Part shown: positions 57,401-64,000 of the stretch, in pieces
How the letters are laid out: every line of letters begins with the position of its first letter
Numbering within the stretch: the stretch's first letter is position 1
Assembly (NCBI GenBank): GCA_030167865.1
Contig: JALAGF010001942.1
Location: 1-64,000, forward strand
DNA: 64,000 nucleotides
Direction: 5' to 3'
Source of the DNA: Craspedostauros australis
Taxonomy: Eukaryota
The notes under the pieces: generated by a model
Seen by the model: the letters and a program-made list of their open reading frames with translations, nothing else
Told to the model about the DNA's origin: nothing
Database searches by the model: none
Position numbers and translations under genes: made by a program

Positions 57401-60400
57401 ACACGTTGGCAGCCCTCTGCGAGTCGAGACCGATCTCGTACGACATCTTGCCCCAACTTGAATTCGATCCTCGCCGCAACCGCAACAACGGCGACGCCAG
57501 CGGCGACCAGATGCAAGCGCAAACTATGTCGGACACTTTGACATATGGCCGTTCGGCACAGCTGAATGGGCGACCAATCACATGGTACATCCCAAGGACA
57601 GAATCCGTTGACTTTGCCTGGGCTCTCATCGATCAGAATGTGTATGGCAAACTGAAAACGTTGCAAGGCAAGCTACATGTTGACGCCGATGGGCAGAACG
57701 ATTCAATTGCCGCCGACATGAACGAATTGCGCCGTACGTTGCGCGTGGTTCGGTACACGTTGCGAGGCGCAGTTGGGATCATGCTGGATTCGGATAACGG
57801 CGATGACATCATCGGTGGCCTGGCGAAGTCCACTGATCACGCCGAGCAGTCACCCGCCGAGATGCATGACGTTGCTCTTTTCCCATACGAAAGAGCAATG
57901 ACGAAACTCCTCACGCAGCTGGTGTCAGAGGATCAGTCCAAGAAGATTGCAGATGTACGAGGGCGCATTGCATTTCTGATCACCACCCTGGTATCGTTGA
58001 TTGCGTCCGAAACGTTCCAATTAAAGGCTCAAGCTGCAGCATCGCCATCGCCACCATCTGAAGCGGCGACATCGACGGATGCCACGGACACGACGGCTTC
58101 TGATGGCCAGACTAGCTCGGATGCGACGGCGGAGGCTGCTGATTCGGGTGAGTCTGCAAATGGAAACGGAGCAGCTGCCGAAGGCAGCCCTGCGAACGAC
58201 TTAGCCACACTAGTCAGCAGAGACACGAAGGTTTGCAAGGAGGCAATCGATATTGCTTTGCTGTTGCTCACCAGACGCGGCGCATCCTTCCGTTCCCAAG
58301 AAAGCAAGACAATCTGGAAGGCGCAGAAGCTCGTCTCGACAGACTATGCCTTGCTGGCGCTGGCGGATCATGCCATCGAATCGTTGCAGCGATCGCAGCT
58401 GTACGGGCCCAGCTCCATCATCCAATACAATGACGGCGAGGACGGTGGAAAGGTCTTGCCACGACGTCTGGTGGTCAATCGAGTCAAGCTGTTCCACGAT
58501 TCGTTGCAACGCACCGCGAGCTTTGAGGTTCCCAGGCGGCTGAGACGCTTGGTCAAGTTGCGCAAGTCTTCTGTCAACATCCTCTTCTCAGTGTCCACCT
58601 CCGCAGACCAACTCCGCGATTCGATGCAACGCCTCGATGACATGCCGATGCCCGGATCCATGGATCTCTACGAAGGTCTGATCGATGGACTGTTCTCGCT
58701 GTGCTGTCATCCCAACACGCAGGTCAGAGCATCCAGCATCGGCGTGGTGGAGTACGCCATCACAAGATTTGGCTGGCTCGTCAGATCGCGCGTGCCAAGG
58801 CTCATGAGTGCCATCCGATTGGACGACGGTGACTGGCATGGCAAATTCGGCGTCCCATCCTGCGCCAAGCTCGTTGATCAGGTTGATAGCAAGGGCAAGC
58901 GCAAGCGGCTGTCCGAGGCATTGAAGGGCGTGTGCGCGATCCTTGCCACGGCGCGACCCGGCAAGCAGATGCTCTGCAACGAGGAGATCAGGTGCAACTT
59001 CGTGAAGACGATTTGCGGCACGGACAGCCTGGTGGCTCTCATGCCGCCGGAGGAGATGCAGAAGATGGTGCATTACTTCCACAACATCTTCAGCCCATTC
59101 CGGATGAAGTTCTACAGCCTCCCCAGGACAACCAAGTCAGAGCATCGGAACCATGCCGATTCCCTGGAGTATCTGCTGGGCACATTGTCATCCGACAAGA
59201 AGAGTGATGACGATGAAACGAACGTGAAGGAAGTCCATTGGAGGAAGCAACTGATGGCATCGTACTTCTTGACCGTGCTGGTGGACGGTGACGACATCCG
59301 TTCGAACGAGAATGAATTCAAGCAACGGCTGTGGTCGACGTGCTTCCGAATCTTGGAGAACGAGTACGGCCAGCCACTCCAACGCGTGGCATTGGGACTG
59401 TTCGGAAGGCTCGTGATGATATCCTTCGACATTCAGATCCTTCGAGATCAGATGTTGACGGAATCATTCTGCAAGAGCCTCAGCAACGCCCTCGTGTACG
59501 ATCATCGAGAAGACACCAGCATCGGTGGCGGGCACGATGCGCAGTGGTCGGCGGGCATCGCTGATTTCATCCGCGATTCTGCACGCAACATCGCACCCAA
59601 GACGCTCTTTCCATTTCAAAGGACCAGCCAAAGCTCCGGGACTTTCAAGGCATCGCACGCGCAGCTGGTGGAGCAAATCCTCAAGCTGCTATCACCGGCG
59701 GATGCCTTGACTGCGTCACGCCATTTGTTGAAGCATTCTCGACAGCTGGCATCGGCACCGCCAAGCGAAGATCAACGCAACCAGCAGTGCACGGTGGCAG
59801 AGATCTTCGCTGGTGTTTGCAAGGGCATGCTTCAAATCAAGACGGACACCGACCTCGACGAGTTTTGGTCCACCGATCTGCTTCCATTCCTCGACGATGT
59901 GTACCAGAAGATGCCAACGTCGCTGTCTGGCGCATTCTTCGATGCCATCAGATTCTCCCTCCAATTCTCATCCCCGGATCGCTTCTACCCCATGACGGCC
60001 TGGCTTTTCACCAAGGTGGACGAGACACTGTGGCAGCCCAGCCAAAACGATGTCGATGAAACTGGTGCGGTGGTGCCAATGGACGAGGCGACAGCAACCA
60101 AGAGCGGGGCATCCGAGCAGGGCACGGAAGGTTTCACAGCGCAATCCAAATGGCTGTACCTGTGCGGCGCTCTGCTTGTGGAATTGGACGAGATGGAGGC
60201 CGACACTGTGATGATGAAGACGCCGTGGTACTGGCTGGCGCTGTCGAAGCCAGAAGATATCCAGGTCGAAATGGACACCAAAGACATTCTGAAGCGTTCC
60301 TGGATGCTGGTGCGAGACAAGCTGCTCCCGAAATTGACCGCGGCCCTTGGGCATCCGTACGAGAACTGTCGCGATCACATCTCCGGCTGCCTCTTCCGAA

Positions 60401-61584
60401 TTTGCCACTGCCACCGCAAGATGGCGCGCGAGAATGCATCCCGATCTCCAAGCCGCACCAACAGCGGCAACCTGGACGAGATGGCCCAAGGAGCTGCGAA
60501 CATGACGTTGCAACCAGCGGTCGCCTCGCCATCCAGCAGCGATCCTGGCATCTTCATCGTGGACAAGTTGCTGGCGTTGCGCAGCAGCGAGGAGAAGTCG
60601 TACAAGATCCGCTTCAACTCCCTCAACACAGTCCGGCGGTTCTTCTCGTACTGCATCCACCTTGGTGAAGCCAAGCACGAGTACTCCGACTACTTGATCT
60701 CCCTGCTTCCTTTGGCCTTCGATGCCTTGGAGACGTCGACGGAGAATTCCAATGACGCTGCCGATGGCAATGCGGACATCGCGAAGCGATCCATGGAGTC
60801 TGACATCGTCAAGGGATACCGCTACACCATCGCGGAGATTGGCGTCGCTCCCGTTATTTCGTACGGAAGCCCTGGCGATATTTCGCGGGTGTTGGACACG
60901 GTGGCTCAGATCATCCAGCACAAGTCGTGGCAGGTGCGACATGCAGCCGCGCACTTTCTGAGATGCTTCCAGGGCGGTCACAAATTCCTCTTCTCCAGCG
61001 AGCAGGCGGAGCAGGTGACGACGCTGGTCGCATCGATGCTTGCCGATGAACGCAGGGAGGTTGCATCGGCCGCCATGGCCGCCATCACGGGCATCCTCGC
61101 TGCGCTTCCACTTTCGAACGTGACAAGGTTGGTGAAGAAGTACGCCACACAGGCAAACAAATCCAGAATGAAGAAAGCTCGAGGCAAGAAAGCCCAGCAA
61201 GTCGCCGCAGCAGCTGCCGCTGCCCAGCCGACGAATGGGACCGACGCCAGTGATGAAGCTGCTGCCGCCGCCGCGGCCGCAGCTGCTGAACGTGAAAAGA
61301 AGCGAGCCAAGACGCAGCAGACGTCGGTGTACTTTTTGTGCGCTGCCGTGTTGGCGCAACCATACGACACGCCGAAGTACGTGCCAGCCGCCCTTGCCGC
61401 CATCTCCAAGCACTCCTTCGAACGCAACGCGCCGTTGAGCGTGAGAGAGACCGTGAAGAAGTGCTGCGCGGAGTACAAACGAACTCACATGTCGGACAAT
61501 TGGGAGTTGCACCGCAGGGTCTTCACGCAAGAGCAGCTCGAGGCATTGGAGGACGTCGTGAGCTCGCCTCATTATTACGCATAA
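54415..61584 (+). CDS. PSME4: Proteasome activator PA200/Blm10
   Basis: 2389-aa HEAT-like ORF. WRPLL, YFNPSNIGTW, LAGIDSNDQNKT, LADERREV, AQPYDTPKYVP, EYKRTH.DNW..H..FT.EQL, and C-terminal YYA HbYX motif. Confidence 0.95.
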   Translation: MPFEDEIMASIMASGLSTKDSVESWKQPHAFHLNLPPHHLDEDGTPFITKYAHKKSRYILGLVKTLELNELMFLNPDAQENDESDDDDDDDAMDTTDAGGTQADGDDDSGPIMPKTLSEFAQKCSRLHAQLSALENLKHSGLSRWDLSLMVLRLLRLLTATITYEYYDEAKSEEQQQETRLPISKVTIHYDLVGYIHTASTTMEEEMKQAQSNVSEDSSHLEGILKRPFALPSPARETLLSILVSILSNKGPLRSVSNAAIYPATKQTHNNDSGEGQDQEQRFLLILHWRPLLRMLLRTTPYLNERKSGTVPLSSNARQSTILKRTVHMIRDARHFFDQGIRPPGSAATTVALDNSAVQLWEMVRADIMFHSHTNASYRSLVMFYLFQPSRCSSTYYQDVLPDWLESWSNIDRCPEIDFLWLALFCRARKYLPHTYDWGPIRRRLLTHAQYWLLLPIGGAALDKSFPRASAPRSRSCPSRLKAFTGSSSSYEEGIDFVAKVTKLLVIGLGTGSMGENGVSEGTSDVLRFLSFVTPYFNPSNIGTWTFTLGAFLHYFSYEICSRVGAAASMEAFATSNPELLRALCEVEPSLKGCAIPPTEVVLLLDKLLPLCQQSLYSKNPHVGRAGEASMLYFAQIDPARVTPSFIDFAIRALDISAVNLAHQAPAALSALTRLLQPALRSNPAMFMAKLPDILRLSLAGIDSNDQNKTIRTLILYRNLTSWFPIGKPSEQANGVNADVDKNDQKSNGNSHGKGTRSIGENLVDRLYQSSNSPEYVAAVEQLPESSLLRQGAVMDGLDLGLLADEASSAMCDWVLEFLDRIFALLRASGEREKAGKTSSRTAARHANVDVQQARNFSRVLRESLMQTFVAMDDTIHKSAVNSVVRFFSEETLPSAAKDAAYLCEAVASARPRKDGAGSSSLHSPGLKALLPILVDDLKHCPTKTCIYRIRCLAGAVRFCGHDILTYRQQISNAINFGLQSKDKHLHKTGCKLLRHTLAALCESRPISYDILPQLEFDPRRNRNNGDASGDQMQAQTMSDTLTYGRSAQLNGRPITWYIPRTESVDFAWALIDQNVYGKLKTLQGKLHVDADGQNDSIAADMNELRRTLRVVRYTLRGAVGIMLDSDNGDDIIGGLAKSTDHAEQSPAEMHDVALFPYERAMTKLLTQLVSEDQSKKIADVRGRIAFLITTLVSLIASETFQLKAQAAASPSPPSEAATSTDATDTTASDGQTSSDATAEAADSGESANGNGAAAEGSPANDLATLVSRDTKVCKEAIDIALLLLTRRGASFRSQESKTIWKAQKLVSTDYALLALADHAIESLQRSQLYGPSSIIQYNDGEDGGKVLPRRLVVNRVKLFHDSLQRTASFEVPRRLRRLVKLRKSSVNILFSVSTSADQLRDSMQRLDDMPMPGSMDLYEGLIDGLFSLCCHPNTQVRASSIGVVEYAITRFGWLVRSRVPRLMSAIRLDDGDWHGKFGVPSCAKLVDQVDSKGKRKRLSEALKGVCAILATARPGKQMLCNEEIRCNFVKTICGTDSLVALMPPEEMQKMVHYFHNIFSPFRMKFYSLPRTTKSEHRNHADSLEYLLGTLSSDKKSDDDETNVKEVHWRKQLMASYFLTVLVDGDDIRSNENEFKQRLWSTCFRILENEYGQPLQRVALGLFGRLVMISFDIQILRDQMLTESFCKSLSNALVYDHREDTSIGGGHDAQWSAGIADFIRDSARNIAPKTLFPFQRTSQSSGTFKASHAQLVEQILKLLSPADALTASRHLLKHSRQLASAPPSEDQRNQQCTVAEIFAGVCKGMLQIKTDTDLDEFWSTDLLPFLDDVYQKMPTSLSGAFFDAIRFSLQFSSPDRFYPMTAWLFTKVDETLWQPSQNDVDETGAVVPMDEATATKSGASEQGTEGFTAQSKWLYLCGALLVELDEMEADTVMMKTPWYWLALSKPEDIQVEMDTKDILKRSWMLVRDKLLPKLTAALGHPYENCRDHISGCLFRICHCHRKMARENASRSPSRTNSGNLDEMAQGAANMTLQPAVASPSSSDPGIFIVDKLLALRSSEEKSYKIRFNSLNTVRRFFSYCIHLGEAKHEYSDYLISLLPLAFDALETSTENSNDAADGNADIAKRSMESDIVKGYRYTIAEIGVAPVISYGSPGDISRVLDTVAQIIQHKSWQVRHAAAHFLRCFQGGHKFLFSSEQAEQVTTLVASMLADERREVASAAMAAITGILAALPLSNVTRLVKKYATQANKSRMKKARGKKAQQVAAAAAAAQPTNGTDASDEAAAAAAAAAAEREKKRAKTQQTSVYFLCAAVLAQPYDTPKYVPAALAAISKHSFERNAPLSVRETVKKCCAEYKRTHMSDNWELHRRVFTQEQLEALEDVVSSPHYYA

Positions 61585-61619
61585 TGGGAGATTCATACTC
61601 GCAGAATGGCAATAGATGA

Positions 61620-61665
61620 ATCAATTCAATCCAATTCAATTCAATTCAATTCAATTCAATTCAAT
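61620..61665 (+). repeat. (AATTC)n pentanucleotide microsatellite between convergent genes
   Basis: About 9 units, one CAATC variant. Confidence 0.9.
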
Positions 61666-61845
61666 CGATCTTTCCGTTCACTGTTGTGTTTGCTTCGAAT
61701 GATAGTGTATTGTGTATTATATAATTTAATCGTATTGTCGTCATCATGTAAGTATGCACGGGGCATTGGGTATCAGGTATGGTATTCGTACGAGTGCGAG
61801 TATGTGTCTGTGTGCGGGTGTGTGTGTATGTGTCTCTCTCTCGCT

Positions 61846-64000
61846 CTAGAAATACCAATTCTTCCTTGCTCGATCATCCATGGATGCCATGAGTGTGGTC
61901 GCTCGGACACCGACCTTGTTGTTGCTGTTGCTACTCTTTGCTTGTCTGTGGAACGAAGGCGACATGGACAACAATCCCTCCGACGATGTGGAAGTCAGAG
62001 CCGAAGACAGCAGGTATTGCTTCTGCTGGTTGTTGATGGTGTTGTCAAACAGTTCCCTGCTCGTCGTTGCGAGTTTGTCCAGTGCTTGCAATCGCTTCTT
62101 CAAATTCAACTTGTCCCCAGGCGATTCATCGTCATCACCCTCATCGTCGTCGTTGTCATCGTCATTCTTGTCGTCTTCAGTTGCTGCATCATTCTCCGTA
62201 TCATCCGCCACCTCGTCGTCATCCACCAACGATGACGGAGGTGGCATGGACAGCAGCTGATTCCACTCGTATTGCAATATCGCATCGCGATCCTGCGTGG
62301 ATGCCACATTTGTGATGGTCTTGCTTTCAGGATCGACCGCGATCAACTTCAGGTCTTGCAATTCTTGCAACGCCTTTTCCGGATCGATGCGGGCTTGCTG
62401 TTCGTCCGTGCGCAACAAATCGTTGACACCGGACGGACACGAACGCACGACTTCGTCATATGGAATCGGTTCGCGGCTTCGCACATTGCGTCCGATGGAC
62501 TTTCTCCATGGCTTCCAAATGGCGTCATGGATCCAGGTGTGCGTCAGTCCAGCACTTACCGCGCGTTGCGTTGCGGCCTCCGACAGGATGTGCTTCAACG
62601 CGCCCGCATTGCGGTACGATATCTTGGACGTGAGGAATGTTTTCACGAGCAGATCGTAGCGTGCCAGTTTGTTGGAATACCGGAGGATGGTGCGCACGAT
62701 CCACAGCGTGACGGATACCAACGCCAGAAGGTCCAGCCTCGGGTTGTCCAGCCGTATCGAGGACGTCACCAACGCGAACGTGAAGAGGGAGACCATGTCG
62801 AAGAGGAAGGCATCGGCGGGGCGGAAGACCAACTTCGTCTTGGGAAAGACGGCGGGTAGATTGGCCATGGGCACGTCTTCGAAGGTGCGCATTTGCATGG
62901 GGCCGATGGTGGGTTTGTAGGACTTTTGCTCCAGGTATTCCGCCTGCTTGCGGCATTGCTTCCGGATGAACTTGGAATCGTCGAGATCGAACATGTCCGC
63001 GAATTCGAGCAGCATCTTGGGTGGCGGCCGGACGGGGCGTGGTGGTTTGGATTTGGAACGCCAAATGACGACGACTTCTTGGAAGGTTGGTTCGACGAGC
63101 TTGGATTTGGTGAAGAACTTGCGGACGAACCTTTTGCGCCCTTCCTTCGTGAAGAGATCGACGAGATTGCTGATGCTGACGCGTTCCAAGAATCGAACGC
63201 TGGCTCCATCAGCCGATGCTCCTGCGTCGGTGCGAATGGTGGTGGTCATCATGCGCTGATCATATTCGCAGAACGCGGCCGTCGCATTGTCCTCCTCCTG
63301 CTGCTGCAATGTGAAGGGATCCAACGCATCGCTGGGATTGGGCGAACCAACGAACTGGACCTTGGAACCACCGTAGCGTCCCAGTTTGAGGAACCGCCCG
63401 GATGATGACGATTGGGCATCGCCGTTGTCATTCTCGGGCATGTCGCCGTTGGCCTTTGCCAGCGTGCGTTGCAGGGTCGCGCGGTATCCTTCCAACCGCT
63501 TCAGGATGTCGATGGAATTGAGGACGTTGTACCAGGATCGGTAGAACTGGCGTCGCGCTCTGGACACCTGCGTCATGATGGTTGTGTAGATGGAATCCTC
63601 GACGAAGTCCACCTTGGACTTGAGCCACGCCGCCGATCGTTGCACGAGACTGGCCTGCAGGTAGTCGACCTTGGGCAGCAGGAGAAGTCGATCCTGCGTG
63701 ATCTCCTGCGAGTATCCTCTCCAGTAGACGAGGACGCGGCCATCAAAGAGGATGTCATCGTCATCGTCATCAGCGTCGTTCCTGTTGTTGGATAATTTCT
63801 TTTCAGGATAGAAATCATGGAACAGATCCGGATCCAACTCGTTGAGCTGCGGTACGATGGAGAGACGCAGAAGATAGCCAGCATTGAGCGATTCGCACAA
63901 ATCCAGATCGCGCCGCGACAGCAGCTGGTACCCGGCGTCTTCCAAAGACGTGCGCGTAGTCGATATCAGCCGACGCTGTTGTCCCTTTTTGGTGGCTGCC
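61846..64000 (-). CDS. DUF3754 / TMEM143-like protein, 5' end outside the window
   Basis: LLSRRDLDLCESLNAGYLLRL, VLVYWRG, LVEPTFQEVVVIWR, FEDVPMANLPAVFP, two TM segments; the frame runs to the window edge. Confidence 0.75.
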   Translation of the reverse strand, partial: AATKKGQQRRLISTTRTSLEDAGYQLLSRRDLDLCESLNAGYLLRLSIVPQLNELDPDLFHDFYPEKKLSNNRNDADDDDDDILFDGRVLVYWRGYSQEITQDRLLLLPKVDYLQASLVQRSAAWLKSKVDFVEDSIYTTIMTQVSRARRQFYRSWYNVLNSIDILKRLEGYRATLQRTLAKANGDMPENDNGDAQSSSSGRFLKLGRYGGSKVQFVGSPNPSDALDPFTLQQQEEDNATAAFCEYDQRMMTTTIRTDAGASADGASVRFLERVSISNLVDLFTKEGRKRFVRKFFTKSKLVEPTFQEVVVIWRSKSKPPRPVRPPPKMLLEFADMFDLDDSKFIRKQCRKQAEYLEQKSYKPTIGPMQMRTFEDVPMANLPAVFPKTKLVFRPADAFLFDMVSLFTFALVTSSIRLDNPRLDLLALVSVTLWIVRTILRYSNKLARYDLLVKTFLTSKISYRNAGALKHILSEAATQRAVSAGLTHTWIHDAIWKPWRKSIGRNVRSREPIPYDEVVRSCPSGVNDLLRTDEQQARIDPEKALQELQDLKLIAVDPESKTITNVASTQDRDAILQYEWNQLLSMPPPSSLVDDDEVADDTENDAATEDDKNDDDNDDDEGDDDESPGDKLNLKKRLQALDKLATTSRELFDNTINNQQKQYLLSSALTSTSSEGLLSMSPSFHRQAKSSNSNNKVGVRATTLMASMDDRARKNWYF

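Noticed and set aside
59968..61596. 542-aa antisense ORF over PA200, and similar long shadow ORFs (225-1337, 6214-7566, 35368-36504, 47361-48347)
   Set aside because: They lie on the opposite strand or in an alternate frame of codon-biased real genes and have no recognisable motifs
61620..61665. AATTC array considered as a telomeric repeat
   Set aside because: Not a TTAGGG-like unit; an ordinary microsatellite in a 3' intergenic gap

Overview
Eukaryotic nuclear DNA, most likely a diatom. Support: an LHC gene and a diatom-type PsbQ' with ASAFAP-like plastid presequences, GT-AG introns, and CA-rich 5' leaders. About 21 protein genes are supportable by motif recognition. In order: GT-B fucosyltransferase-like paralog 1, TRAPPC10, UNG, an orphan PD-(D/E)xK nuclease-like protein, an LHC (Lhcz-like), fucosyltransferase-like paralog 2 followed by a decayed third copy, copine, a WD40/DCAF4-like protein, a multi-pass membrane protein, a run of four mitochondrial genes (ACAA2-type thiolase, ETF-alpha, bL35m, bL32m), PsbQ', a V-ATPase Ac45/VOA1-like protein, a large secreted Cys-rich repeat protein, a class-3 lipase, a type II membrane glycosyltransferase-like protein, RUS1/DUF647, PA200/Blm10, and a 5'-truncated DUF3754 gene. 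A frameshifted small Cys-rich secreted peptide and possible gene relics also occur. No rRNA, tRNA, CRISPR array or intact transposon was recognised. Best leads: the YraN/Mrr-like nuclease next to UNG, the duplicated CxGxxAC-repeat secreted protein, the apparently chimeric fucosyltransferase pseudogene, and the Cys-rich peptide broken by one missing base. All calls were made by eye; no database searches were run.
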